Source: Bradyrhizobium sp. (GTDB lineage: Bacteria > Pseudomonadota > Alphaproteobacteria > Rhizobiales > Xanthobacteraceae). Taken from it: a DNA stretch of 64,000 nt. The stretch covers positions 531 to 64,530 of the forward strand of contig JBGPSI010000005.1 in assembly GCA_041490045.1 (NCBI GenBank). Direction: 5' to 3'. A program made the translations under genes and the position numbers. Under the pieces are notes generated by a model that was not told where the DNA came from, did no database searches, and saw nothing but the letters and a program-made list of their open reading frames with translations. This document shows positions 30,989 to 41,122 of this stretch, piece by piece. Position 1 is the first letter of the stretch; the number at the start of each line of letters is the position of its first letter.

Positions 30989-33900
30989 CTACGCCGCCTT
31001 GCGGTCCTCGGCGAGGTTGGCGAGCTGGCGCATGATTTCGGTGGTGCCGGCCAGACGCTCCTCCGGGGTCTGCCATTCCTGGAAGAACACCACCTTCATG
31101 TCCGGCCGCACCCGCGCCGCCTGGCCGTGCTGCCTGATGAAGTAGACGAGGCGATCCGGCTGCGCGAACTTGTTGTCGCGGAAGGTGATGACCGCGCCCT
31201 TCGGCCCGGCGTCCACCTTCTCGACATTGGCTCTGCGGCAATAGTTCTTGATCGCGGCGATCTTGAAGAGATAACGCACCTCGTCCGGCAGCACGCCGAA
31301 ACGGTCGCGCAGCTCGGCGGCGAAATTGTCGATCTCGTCGTCGGTTTGGAGATCGGCCAGCCGCCGGTACAGCGACAGCCGCACCGAGAGGTCGGCGACG
31401 TAGTCTTCCGGGATCAGCACGGGCATGCCGACGGTGATCTGCGGCGACCAGCGGTCGGCGGCCGGCTCGACCACGCCGGCCTTCAGGTTGAGAATCGCCT
31501 CCTCCAGCATCGACTGGTAAAGCTCGAAGCCGACTTCCTTGATGTGGCCGGATTGCTCCTCACCGAGCAGGTTGCCTGCGCCGCGAATGTCGAGATCGTG
31601 CGAGGCGAGCTGGAAGCCGGCGCCCAGCGTTTCCAGGGACTGCAGCACCTTCAGCCTGCGCTCGGCCTGCGCGGTGATCTTCTGCTGCGCCGGCAACGTG
31701 AACAGCGCATACGCGCGCAGCTTCGAGCGCCCCACCCGGCCGCGCAACTGATAGAGCTGCGCCAGCCCGAACATGTCGGCGCGGTGCACGATCAGCGTAT
31801 TGGCGTTGGGGATATCGAGGCCGGACTCGATGATCGTGGTCGACAGCAGGATGTCGTATTTGCCATCATAGAACGCCGACATGATGTCCTCGATGACCGT
31901 CGGCGCCATCTGGCCATGGGCGACCGCGACCTTCATCTCCGGCACGTTCTTGTCGAGGAAGTCCTTGACGCCGGCGAGGTCCTCGATCCGCGGCACGACG
32001 TAGAAGGCCTGGCCGCCGCGATAGCGTTCGCGCAGCAGCGCCTCGCGGATCATCTGGGTATCGTGCGGCGCCACGAAGGTGCGGACCGCGAGGCGATCGA
32101 CCGGGGGTGAAGCGATGATGGAGAGTTCGCGGACGCCGGTCAACGCGAGTTGAAGCGTGCGCGGGATCGGGGTTGCGGAGAGCGTCAGTACGTGCACCTC
32201 GGCGCGCAGCTGCTTCAGCCGTTCCTTGTGGCTGACGCCGAAATGCTGCTCCTCGTCGACGATCAGCAGACCGAGATCCCTGAACTTGATCGATTTGCCG
32301 AGCAGCGCATGGGTGCCGACCACGATATCGATGCTGCCGTCGGCAAGCCCCTTCTTGACCTGCGTCAGTTCCTTCGGCGGGATCAGGCGCGAAGCCTGCG
32401 CGACGTTGACGGGGAATCCCCGGAAACGCTCGACGAAATTCTTGGTGTGCTGCCGCGCCAGCAGCGTCGTCGGCACCACGACGGCGACCTGCTTGCCGTC
32501 AAGCGCAACCGCAAACGCCGCGCGCAGCGCCACCTCGGTCTTGCCGAAGCCGACGTCGCCGCAGATCAGCCGGTCCATCGGCCGGCCGCTTTCGAGATCC
32601 TTCAGGGTCGCCTGGATCGCGCCCAGCTGGTCCTCGGTTTCCTCGTAAGGAAAGCGCGCGCAGAACTCGTCATAGACGTGCGGCTGCACCGGCAGTTTCG
32701 GCGCCTCGTGCAGGTGCCGCTCGGCGGCGATCTTGATCAACTCGCCCGCGATCTCCCGGATGCGGTTCTTGAGCTTGGCCTTGCGCGCCTGCCAGCCGCT
32801 GCCGCCGAGCCGGTCGAGCTCGACATTGGCGTGGTCGGAGCCGTAGCGCGACAACAATTCGATGTTTTCCACCGGCAGGAAAAGCTTGGTATCGGCGGCA
32901 TAATGCAGTTCGAGGCAATCATGCGGCGCGCCGGCGACTTCGAGCGTCTGCAGGCCGACGAAACGGCCGATGCCGTGCTCGACATGAACCACGAGGTCGC
33001 CGCTGGCGAGGCTCGTGACCTCCGAGATGAAATTGTCGAGCTTGCGGCTCGCCTTGCGCGGCCGCACCAGGCGGTCGCCGAGAATATCCTGCTCGCTGAT
33101 GACGGCGACGTGGTCGGTCTCGAACCCTGACTCCATGCCGACCACCGCCAGCATCGCCTCGTTGCGCGGCGTCGCCTGCACCGTGCGCCAGGTGTTGACG
33201 CTGGTGACATGCGAAAGCTTGTGATCCCTGAGCATGCTGGCCATGCGGTCGCGCGAGCCCTCGCTCCACAGCGCGATCACCACCTTCTTGCGCGCTGCCT
33301 GCAAGGCCCCGACATGCGCGACCACGGCTTCGAACACGTTGACCGCGCCGTCGGTGCGCTCCGGCGCAAAATTTCGTCCAGCCCGCGCGCCGGCGTCAAC
33401 CGTATTGGCGCTGCCATCGGGCACGGAGAACGGCGTCAGCCGCGCCAGCGCGGTTTCGTCCAGCCGTTTGCTCCATTCGTCTTCGCTGAGGTAAAGCCGG
33501 TCCGGCGGCAACGGCTTGTAGAGCGCGCCGCCGCCGGGATGCTCCAGCGCCTCGCGCCTTGCGTCATAATAATCGGCGATCTGCTTGAAGCGCTCGCGCG
33601 AGGCGTCCTCGCTTTGCGGTTCGATCACCACCGGTGTGCCATCGAGATAATCGAACAGCGTGTCCATCCGCTCGTGAAACAGCGGCAGCCAGTGCTCCAT
33701 GCCGGGATGGCGGCGACCCTCGCTGACCGCCTCGTACAGGGGATCGTCGCGTTCCGGCGCGCCGAAGGCCGCGACATAGCCCATGCGGAAGCGGCGGATG
33801 GTTTCGGTGACCAGCTGGAATTCGGAGATCGGAACCAGATCGAGCGAGCGCATGTCCAACAGCGTGCGCTGGGTTTCGGCATCGAAGGAGCGGATCGATT

Positions 33901-34507
33901 CCAGGCTGTCGCCGAAGAAATCGAACCGAACCGGCTGATCGAGCCCGGCCGGAAACAAATCGAGGATGCCGCCGCGCACGGCATATTCGCCGGGTTCGCG
34001 CACGGTCGAGGAGCGGCTGTAGCCGTTATGCTCGAGCCAGGCCACGATCGAGTCCATCGGCACGACATGGCCGGGCGCGACCGACAGCGCTTGCGCTGCG
34101 ACCGTCTCGCGGGCGGGGACCCTCTGCACGATGGCGTTGACCGTGGTGAGCACGATCAGCGGTTTCTCGCTGCCGACGAGCCGCGACAACCGCGCCAGCG
34201 TGGTCATGCGCTGCGCCAGGATGCCGCCATGCGGCGACACCCGGTCATAGGGTTGGCAATCCCAGGCCGGAAACTGCAGCACCGGCAGATCGGGCGCGAA
34301 GAATTCCAGCGCGCGGGCCAATTGCTGCATGCGCGGACCGTCGCGGCAGACCACGGCAAGGCTGATCGCCGGCGGTTTTGGACGCGCCGCGACGGCGCGT
34401 GCCAGATCCGACACGACAAGGCCCTCCGCCCCTTCTGCGACATTGGCAAAAGTCAGCGGGCGGCCGGGCCCCAGTAATTCGGCAGGCGATCGTGCGGGAG
34501 CCTTCAT
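30989..34507 (-). CDS. mfd: Transcription-repair coupling factor
   Basis: UvrB-like N-terminus, VVHVEHGIG, GDVGFGKT, DEEQHFG, SATPIPRT, QLRGRVGR, TRCF domain. Confidence 0.97.
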   Translation of the reverse strand: MKAPARSPAELLGPGRPLTFANVAEGAEGLVVSDLARAVAARPKPPAISLAVVCRDGPRMQQLARALEFFAPDLPVLQFPAWDCQPYDRVSPHGGILAQRMTTLARLSRLVGSEKPLIVLTTVNAIVQRVPARETVAAQALSVAPGHVVPMDSIVAWLEHNGYSRSSTVREPGEYAVRGGILDLFPAGLDQPVRFDFFGDSLESIRSFDAETQRTLLDMRSLDLVPISEFQLVTETIRRFRMGYVAAFGAPERDDPLYEAVSEGRRHPGMEHWLPLFHERMDTLFDYLDGTPVVIEPQSEDASRERFKQIADYYDARREALEHPGGGALYKPLPPDRLYLSEDEWSKRLDETALARLTPFSVPDGSANTVDAGARAGRNFAPERTDGAVNVFEAVVAHVGALQAARKKVVIALWSEGSRDRMASMLRDHKLSHVTSVNTWRTVQATPRNEAMLAVVGMESGFETDHVAVISEQDILGDRLVRPRKASRKLDNFISEVTSLASGDLVVHVEHGIGRFVGLQTLEVAGAPHDCLELHYAADTKLFLPVENIELLSRYGSDHANVELDRLGGSGWQARKAKLKNRIREIAGELIKIAAERHLHEAPKLPVQPHVYDEFCARFPYEETEDQLGAIQATLKDLESGRPMDRLICGDVGFGKTEVALRAAFAVALDGKQVAVVVPTTLLARQHTKNFVERFRGFPVNVAQASRLIPPKELTQVKKGLADGSIDIVVGTHALLGKSIKFRDLGLLIVDEEQHFGVSHKERLKQLRAEVHVLTLSATPIPRTLQLALTGVRELSIIASPPVDRLAVRTFVAPHDTQMIREALLRERYRGGQAFYVVPRIEDLAGVKDFLDKNVPEMKVAVAHGQMAPTVIEDIMSAFYDGKYDILLSTTIIESGLDIPNANTLIVHRADMFGLAQLYQLRGRVGRSKLRAYALFTLPAQQKITAQAERRLKVLQSLETLGAGFQLASHDLDIRGAGNLLGEEQSGHIKEVGFELYQSMLEEAILNLKAGVVEPAADRWSPQITVGMPVLIPEDYVADLSVRLSLYRRLADLQTDDEIDNFAAELRDRFGVLPDEVRYLFKIAAIKNYCRRANVEKVDAGPKGAVITFRDNKFAQPDRLVYFIRQHGQAARVRPDMKVVFFQEWQTPEERLAGTTEIMRQLANLAEDRKAA

Positions 34508-34794
34508 GCCTCGTGATCCACTGATCGAAACGATTTGATGCGGTCGAACAGGCCGTTCGCATAGTCCGGCGCCGGCGGCATCTTGCCGGTCAGCGCGGCG
34601 TAGAGATCGGGGTCGGGCACGTCCATCAAATACTCGAATTGGACCAATTCGGCCTCCGAGAGATTGGCGATCTCGGCGTCGGCAAACCGGCCGAGAATGA
34701 GATCCATCTCGCGGGTGCCGCGATGCCAGCAGCGGAACAAAAGCCGCTTACGGCGGTCGTCGAGGCCGCCGCTCGACCGTGTCGATCCCGTCAT
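34504..34794 (-). CDS. sdhE: Succinate dehydrogenase assembly factor 2
   Basis: RRKRLLFRCWHRGTREMDLILG; ATGA overlap with mfd. Confidence 0.9.
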   Translation of the reverse strand: MTGSTRSSGGLDDRRKRLLFRCWHRGTREMDLILGRFADAEIANLSEAELVQFEYLMDVPDPDLYAALTGKMPPAPDYANGLFDRIKSFRSVDHEA

Positions 34795-34941
34795 TTCGTC
34801 GATTCCAATGCAAACGCCAAAAGCCCGGACGTGGTGCCGGGCGGGGTTGATATAGCGTCGGGATCGGGGAATGTCAGTAGCATTGATCCTCGAAATCCAT
34901 GCGAAAGTGAGGACAGGGGTCTGCAAGGCAATCCGCAGCTC

Positions 34942-35028
34942 CCGTCATTGCGAGGAGCAAAGCGACGAAGCAATCCATCGCGCAGCAAGAAAGAAAGCCG
35001 GATTGCTTCGCTTCGCTCGCAATGACGG
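34942..35028. repeat. CGTC-tagged REP-like palindromic repeat
   Basis: CCGTCATTGCGAGGAGCAAAGCGACGAAGCAATCC...GGATTGCTTCGCTTCGCTCGCAATGACGG. Confidence 0.88.
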
Positions 35029-35029
35029 T

Positions 35030-35445
35030 GGACACAGCTTCACGATCTCGCGGCGGGTTTCGCCCGAGGTTTGGCCGGTTCGTTCCGCCCTTTCCAATCA
35101 GAGGGCGCAGGGAATGCCGGGCGTCCGATGCGCCCGATAGCCGCGTGTGCAAGGGTAGTGGTAGAACGCACACGCGTTAGTCAGGTCACACCGGCAAACA
35201 CCCGGCATTCCCCGCGCAATGGTTTACGGCTTACTTCGTGCTCTTCCCGGCGATCGGGCTTTTTTGTCACCGTCATCCCTGAGAAGCTTGCTTCTCCGGA
35301 ACTTGAACGCCAGCGTCGAGGCGTCAGAACCACACGACTTGGCCGTCCGCATCGAGTGCTTTCGTCTGCAGCACCGTCCGCGTCCACCGCATCCCGCCCC
35401 GCGTCCGTGACGATCGCGATACGCCCCTCGAGTGGGACGAGACAA
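35030..35445 (-). ncRNA. Large structured RNA-like element (candidate multicopy Bradyrhizobium repeat)
   Basis: 20-bp long-range stem 35105-35124/35198-35217, inner stem CGCGTGTGC/GCACACGCG, mismatches resolve to G-U only on minus strand; no credible ORF. Confidence 0.6.
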
Positions 35446-35615
35446 TGCGGGTTATTAAACTGATTTGCCTCTTCGGAAAATCAGAATATTTTTGCAAAAG
35501 GGGCTGGACAGGCAAATCAGCAGACAACCCGACGGGCAAATCAGGTGGCGTCGCGGGCTCGTCCAATAGCGCAATTTGGCCGGTGCCGCGCCGGACATCA
35601 GAAATGCGCGTGATT

Positions 35616-35912
35616 TCAAATCTTGACTACCTTGCGCAGATGTTCGACGCCGACACCCAGCTGCTGTAGTCTCGCCAGATCGTCGAACATGCACCACTGC
35701 TCGACAACGCGTTCGTCAGCGATCCTGAAAATGGAAACTTCCTGTATCTCGATACGCCGCCCTGTTAGTTCGATACCCCAGAACGCTCCCTTGTGCGTGT
35801 CGGTGGAAACGTAGCGGCTTTCGACCCGATTGCCCGAACCGAAAACGTCTACCATGTGTTCATGCCAGTCCGGAAATGTGGTTCTGATCCGCGCGACCGC
35901 TGCCGCCGCAAA
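35616..35912 (-). pseudogene. 5'-truncated SnoaL-like ester cyclase
   Basis: Frame reads ...AVARIRTTFPDWHEHMVDVFGSGNRV..THKGAFWGIELTGRR...FRIADERVVEQW; N-terminus absent and abuts a half REP. Confidence 0.7.
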
Positions 35913-35916
35913 AAAA

Positions 35917-35951
35917 GACGTGGATGCCCGGCATAAAGCCGGGCATGACGG
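35917..35951. repeat. Right half of the 19586-type REP
   Basis: GACGTGGATGCCCGGCATAAAGCCGGGCATGACG. Confidence 0.8.
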
Positions 35952-35976
35952 ATGGGAACGGTCTTAGGCTTTCCTG

Positions 35977-38085
35977 ATGCGCCCTGCTCTGCTCAATCCG
36001 TTGTTCGCGCCGATCACGAGCCTTGCCGGGGTCGGGCCGAAGCAGGACAAATTGTTCCGCTATCTGCTCGGCCGCAGCGAGACGCCGCGGCTCGTCGATC
36101 TCCTGCTGCATCTGCCGGCCAACGTGATCGACCGCCGGGCGCGGCCGAAAATCCGCGACGCCGTGCCGGGAACCGTGGTCACGCTGGAGGTGACGGTCGA
36201 CCGGCATCGGCCGACCCCCTCGCGCAATGCGCGCGCGCCGCATCTGGTCTATGCCAGCGACGATACCGGCGATGTCGTCCTGACCTATTTCCGCGCGCAG
36301 CCGGGTTACGTCGAAAAACTGCTTCCCGTCGGCGCCAGGCGCTACGTCTCGGGCACCGTGCAGATGTATGACGGGACGCTGCAGATCACCCATCCAGACC
36401 GCGTCGTGGATGAAGAAGGCTTCGCAAAACTCTCCGGGATCGATCCTGTCTACCCCCTCACGGAAGGTCTCGCGATCGGCTCGGTGCGCCGCGCAGTGGC
36501 GCAGGCGCTGCAGAAGCTGCCGCATATGCCCGAATGGATCAGCCCGGAAATCATCCGCCGCTGCAAGTTTCCGAACGTAGCGGAAGCGCTGAACCGCGTG
36601 CATGTGCCGGTCGAACTGACGGATATCCTGCCGGACGGCCCCTACTGGTCGCGGCTTGCCTTCGACGAACTGCTGGCCGGTCAACTGGCGCTGGCGCTGG
36701 TGCGCGCGCAACTGCGCCGTCCCGCCGGCGATCGCCACGCCGGCGACGGCCATCTGCGCAACAGGATCATCGACGCGCTGCCTTACGCGTTGACGGCGTC
36801 GCAGCGCGAGGCGGCGGCGGCCATCACCGAGGATCTGCGCCAGCCGCTCCGCATGCTGCGGCTGCTGCAGGGCGACGTCGGCTCGGGCAAGACCGTGGTG
36901 GCGCTACTGGCGGCCGCCGCGGTCGCCGAGGTGGGAAAACAGGCCGCCCTGATGGCGCCGACGGAAATCCTCGCGCGCCAGCACATCAAGACCATCGCGC
37001 CGCTCGCCGAACGTGCCGGCATGCGGGTGGCGATCCTCACCGGCCGCGAGAAGGGCCGGGAGCGCCGCGAATTGCTGGCACGGCTGGCGGACGGCGAGAT
37101 CGATTTCCTGGTCGGCACCCACGCGCTGATCCAGGACGATGTGGCGTTCAAGGCGCTCGCGCTCGCCGTGGTCGATGAACAACACCGCTTCGGTGTCCGC
37201 GAACGCCTCGCGCTCACCGCCAAGGGCGAGGCGGTCGATGTGCTCGTGCTCAGCGCCACGCCGATTCCGCGCACGCTGGTGCTGACCTATTTTGGCGACA
37301 TGGATGTCTCTGAATTGCGCGAGAAACCGGCGGGCCGCCAGCCGATCGACACGCGCACGATGCCGAACAGCAGGCTTAATGAGGTGATCGACGGCGTCGG
37401 CCGCGCGCTGCAGGCCGGAAAGCAGGTGTACTGGATCTGCCCGCTGGTCGAGGAATCCGAAGCCGAGGGCATCGAACATCTCACAAATGCGACCGAGCGG
37501 TTCGAGGCCTTGCAACAGCGTTTTGGCGACAAGGTCGGTCTGGTGCACGGCCAGATGAAGGGCACCGAAAAGGATCGGGTGATGGCGCAATTCGCTGCCG
37601 GCGAGATCGGGCTGCTGGTCGCGACCACCGTGGTCGAGGTCGGCGTCGACGTTCCCGCCGCCTCCATCATGGTGATCGAGAATGCCGAGCGCTTTGGGCT
37701 CGCGCAACTGCATCAGTTGCGCGGCCGGATCGGCCGCGGCTCGGAGGCCTCGACCTGCCTCCTGCTCTACAAGGAACCGCTGAACGAAATGTCCAAGGCG
37801 CGGCTGAAAGTGATCCGCGAAACTACCGACGGTTTCCGCATCGCCGAGGAGGATCTGCGGCTGCGCGGCGAAGGCGACGTGCTCGGCGTTCGCCAGAGCG
37901 GCCTGCCCGGCTACCGCATCGCCCGCTCCGAGGTCCACGGCCAGCTCATCACGCAAGCGCGCGATGAGGCGCTCCGCATCATGAAGGACAATCCAAGACT
38001 TGACGGCGACCGCGGCGAGGCGCTGCGCTGCCTGCTCTATCTGTTCGAGCGGGATGAGGCGATACCGTTGATCGGGGCGGGGTAG
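35977..38085 (+). CDS. recG: ATP-dependent DNA helicase RecG
   Basis: LAFDEL, LLQGDVGSGKT, DEQHRFG, SATPIPRT, LHQLRGRIGRG. Confidence 0.97.
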   Translation: MRPALLNPLFAPITSLAGVGPKQDKLFRYLLGRSETPRLVDLLLHLPANVIDRRARPKIRDAVPGTVVTLEVTVDRHRPTPSRNARAPHLVYASDDTGDVVLTYFRAQPGYVEKLLPVGARRYVSGTVQMYDGTLQITHPDRVVDEEGFAKLSGIDPVYPLTEGLAIGSVRRAVAQALQKLPHMPEWISPEIIRRCKFPNVAEALNRVHVPVELTDILPDGPYWSRLAFDELLAGQLALALVRAQLRRPAGDRHAGDGHLRNRIIDALPYALTASQREAAAAITEDLRQPLRMLRLLQGDVGSGKTVVALLAAAAVAEVGKQAALMAPTEILARQHIKTIAPLAERAGMRVAILTGREKGRERRELLARLADGEIDFLVGTHALIQDDVAFKALALAVVDEQHRFGVRERLALTAKGEAVDVLVLSATPIPRTLVLTYFGDMDVSELREKPAGRQPIDTRTMPNSRLNEVIDGVGRALQAGKQVYWICPLVEESEAEGIEHLTNATERFEALQQRFGDKVGLVHGQMKGTEKDRVMAQFAAGEIGLLVATTVVEVGVDVPAASIMVIENAERFGLAQLHQLRGRIGRGSEASTCLLLYKEPLNEMSKARLKVIRETTDGFRIAEEDLRLRGEGDVLGVRQSGLPGYRIARSEVHGQLITQARDEALRIMKDNPRLDGDRGEALRCLLYLFERDEAIPLIGAG

Positions 38086-38096
38086 GTTTGCCCAAT

Positions 38097-38176
38097 GTCA
38101 TTCCGGGATGGTCCGAAGGACCAGACCCGGAATTTCGAGATTCCGGGTTCGCGTCTTCGACCCGCCCCGGAATGAC
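38097..38176. repeat. REP-like palindromic repeat (GTCATTCCGGG type)
   Basis: GTCATTCCGGG...ACCCGGAAT-TTCGAG-ATTCCGGGT...CCCGGAATGAC between convergent genes. Confidence 0.85.
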
Positions 38177-38184
38177 GACGTCCC

Positions 38185-38958
38185 TCACTCCACCTTCGCG
38201 GCTTGCGGCTGCAGTAAGGCTGAATTGGCTACGCGCGCGGCATTTGCCATGCCCGCGAGGGCGGCGATCTTCTTCTGACCGTCGGAGCCGGGCTGCACCA
38301 CGCCGCAGGACATGATCAGGGTGGCGGCGTCCTCGGTGCTCATATCGACTTCGATGATCTTGCTCTTCGGCACATAGAAGAAGAAGCCCGTGGTCGGGTT
38401 CGGGGCGCAGGGCAGGAACACCGAGATGTGCTCCTCCTCGCCGGGAAGATTGCTGGCGACCGCCTCGCTCGGCGATTGCGAGATCAGCACGATCGACCAC
38501 ATGCCGGGCGACGGGAATTCAACCAGGCCGACGCGGCGAAAGCTCGATCCCTTGCCCGAGAACAGCGTCTCGAACACCTGCTTCAGGCTGCGGTAGATCG
38601 CGCGCACCACCGGCATGCGCCCGAGCAGCCGTTCGCCGAGATCGACCAGCGTGCGCCCAATCAGATTGGCGGCGAGGAAGCCGAGCAGCGTCAGCGCCAC
38701 CACGGCGACGATCAGCCCGGAACCGGGCAGCCCGAACGGCAGATAGGTTTCCGGGCGGTAGGCGATCGGCACGAACGGCCGGACGATGCCGTCGACCCAG
38801 GTCACGAACCACCAGGTCAGGTAAAACGTGATGGCGACCGGACCGGCGACGATCAGGCCGGTGAGAAAATAGTTCCGGAAGCGGGCCATCAAGCCGCTGT
38901 GGACGTCCGGCGGAAGTTCGGCCGGAGGCTCGGGCGGTGGCAGGTCGTCGCGGTTCAT
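38185..38958 (-). CDS. DUF502 family membrane protein
   Basis: RNYFLTGL, PVVRAIY..LKQV, VFLPCAPNPTTGF. Confidence 0.88.
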   Translation of the reverse strand: MNRDDLPPPEPPAELPPDVHSGLMARFRNYFLTGLIVAGPVAITFYLTWWFVTWVDGIVRPFVPIAYRPETYLPFGLPGSGLIVAVVALTLLGFLAANLIGRTLVDLGERLLGRMPVVRAIYRSLKQVFETLFSGKGSSFRRVGLVEFPSPGMWSIVLISQSPSEAVASNLPGEEEHISVFLPCAPNPTTGFFFYVPKSKIIEVDMSTEDAATLIMSCGVVQPGSDGQKKIAALAGMANAARVANSALLQPQAAKVE

Positions 38959-39060
38959 TGGGGTTCCAAATCGAGTCAGGCGGATATCGTACGATGTCAG
39001 CTAGGGTCTTCTAGCAGATTTTTGAAGACCGGAAGCGACCAAGCGCCCCCTTGACGCGGC

Positions 39061-40887
39061 CTATTCGACGGTGACGGATTTCGCGAGATTGCGCGGCTGG
39101 TCGACGTCGGTGCCCATGATGACGGCGGTGTGGTAGGCCAAAAGCTGCACCGGGACGGCATAAACGATCGGCGTGAAGATCGAAGCCATGTCCGGCAGCA
39201 CGATCGTCACCATCGATTCAACGGTCGCTTCCGCCGCCCCCTTGGCGTCGGTCATCAGGATAATGTTGCCGCCGCGAGCGGCGACCTCCTGCATGTTGGA
39301 GACGGTTTTCTCGAACACCCCGTCGTGCGGCGTGATCACCACGATCGGCATGTTTTCGTCGATCAGCGCGATCGGCCCGTGCTTGAGCTCGCCGGCGGCG
39401 TAGCCTTCGGCGTGGATATAGGAAATTTCCTTCAGCTTCAGGGCGCCTTCCAGCGCCAGCGGATAACTCGTGCCGCGGCCGAGATAGAGCACGTCCTTGC
39501 ATTTGGCGATGTCGCGGGCGAGCTTTTCGATCTGCGGTTCGGTGGTGAGTGCCGCCGCCATCAGCCGCGGAATTTCGATCAGGCCGTGGACGAGCCCGGC
39601 CTCGTCGGCATCCGATAGTTCGCCGCGCGCCTTGCCGGCGGCGATCGCGGTCGCGGCCAGCACCATCAGCTGGCAGGTGAAAGCCTTGGTCGAGGCGACG
39701 CCGATTTCCGGGCCGGCCAATGTCTGCAGCACGGTCTCGCTTTCACGCGCGATCGTCGAGGTCGGCACGTTGACCACGGACAACGTGTGCAGCCCCTGCG
39801 ACTTGGCATAACGCAGCGCCGCCAGCGTATCGGCGGTCTCGCCGGATTGCGAAATGAAGATCGCGAGGTCGCCCTTGCGCAACGGCGCTTCGCGGTAGCG
39901 GAATTCGGAAGCCACATCGAGTTCGACCGGCACGCGCGCAAGCCGCTCGAACCAGTATTTGGCGATATAGCCGGCATAGCTTGCGGTGCCGCACGCCGTG
40001 ATCGAAATCCGCTGGATGTCCTTGAAGTCGAACGGCAGCTTGACCGGCAGCGATATCCGCTCGGCCGCCATGTCGACGTAGCGCGCCAGCGTGTGGCCGA
40101 CCACCTCGGGCTGCTCGTGAATTTCCTTGGCCATGAAGTGGCGGTAATTCGCCTTGTCGACCATGAACGACGAGGCGCCGGATTTCAGCACCTCGCGGTT
40201 CACCACCGCGCCGTGCTCGTCGTAGATCACGCCGACTTCGCGGGTCAGGACCACCCAGTCGCCATCCTCGAGATAGCTGATGGTGTCGGTAAAGGGCGCG
40301 AGGGCGATCGCATCCGATCCCAGATACATCTCGCCATCGCCATGGCCGACCGCCAGCGGCGAGCCCTTGCGGGCGCCGATCATCAGATTGCCAAAGCCCT
40401 TGAATACGAAAGCCAGCGCGAATGCGCCGCGCAGCTGCGGCAGCGACGCCTTCACCGCCTCCTGCGGCGACATTCCCTTGAGCAAATAGGAATTGACCAG
40501 GTGAACCACGACTTCGGTATCGGTATCGCTCTGGAATTTCGCGCCCTGCTTCTCCAGCATCTGCCGCAGTTCGCGGAAATTCTCGATGATGCCGTTGTGC
40601 ACCACGGCGACGTTGTCGGTCGCATGCGGATGCGCGTTGCTCTCGGTCGGCTTGCCGTGGGTGGCCCAGCGCGTATGTCCGATGCCGGTATGGCCGGCCA
40701 GCGGCTCGGTGCGCAGTCGCGCCTCGAGGTTTTTGAGTTTGCCTTCGGCGCGGCGGCGTTCGAGATGGTCGCCTTCCAGCGTGGCGACGCCGGCGGAATC
40801 GTAGCCGCGATATTCGAGCCGCTTGAGCGAATCCACGATCTGATCGGCGACCGGTCCACGCCCCAAAATGCCGACAATCCCGCACAT
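39061..40887 (-). CDS. glmS: Glutamine-fructose-6-phosphate transaminase
   Basis: MCGIVG, LEYRGYDSAG, HTRWATHG, DQPRNLAKSVTVE. Confidence 0.98.
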   Translation of the reverse strand: MCGIVGILGRGPVADQIVDSLKRLEYRGYDSAGVATLEGDHLERRRAEGKLKNLEARLRTEPLAGHTGIGHTRWATHGKPTESNAHPHATDNVAVVHNGIIENFRELRQMLEKQGAKFQSDTDTEVVVHLVNSYLLKGMSPQEAVKASLPQLRGAFALAFVFKGFGNLMIGARKGSPLAVGHGDGEMYLGSDAIALAPFTDTISYLEDGDWVVLTREVGVIYDEHGAVVNREVLKSGASSFMVDKANYRHFMAKEIHEQPEVVGHTLARYVDMAAERISLPVKLPFDFKDIQRISITACGTASYAGYIAKYWFERLARVPVELDVASEFRYREAPLRKGDLAIFISQSGETADTLAALRYAKSQGLHTLSVVNVPTSTIARESETVLQTLAGPEIGVASTKAFTCQLMVLAATAIAAGKARGELSDADEAGLVHGLIEIPRLMAAALTTEPQIEKLARDIAKCKDVLYLGRGTSYPLALEGALKLKEISYIHAEGYAAGELKHGPIALIDENMPIVVITPHDGVFEKTVSNMQEVAARGGNIILMTDAKGAAEATVESMVTIVLPDMASIFTPIVYAVPVQLLAYHTAVIMGTDVDQPRNLAKSVTVE

Positions 40888-41122
40888 ACGGATCCAAATT
40901 CCCCAATTTGTCGAAACATCTTCAAAACCGCGGGAAACTCTTAACGAGATTCAAAGCGGTTGAGGTACTCAATAATTATTGCCAATTGAGTCAGGGTAAA
41001 GCGTCAGGCTTAACAGGCCTCTCCGAAGCCTTCGGGAATACCTATCCCTTCCGGATTGAGCGCGCGGCTTAACGCGCGGTCAACTCTTTTTCGGGAAGGA
41101 TGGGCCATTCGGAGACAGGCTT

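Noticed and set aside
35071-35566. Short ORFs across the structured element
   Set aside because: Mutually overlapping, no RBS or coding bias; RNA structure explains the sequence better
30989-38085. Paralogous helicases mfd and recG in divergent arrangement
   Set aside because: Common alphaproteobacterial synteny, not novel
40888-41120. Possible glmS ribozyme upstream of glmS
   Set aside because: No recognisable ribozyme core; the ribozyme is mainly a Firmicutes feature
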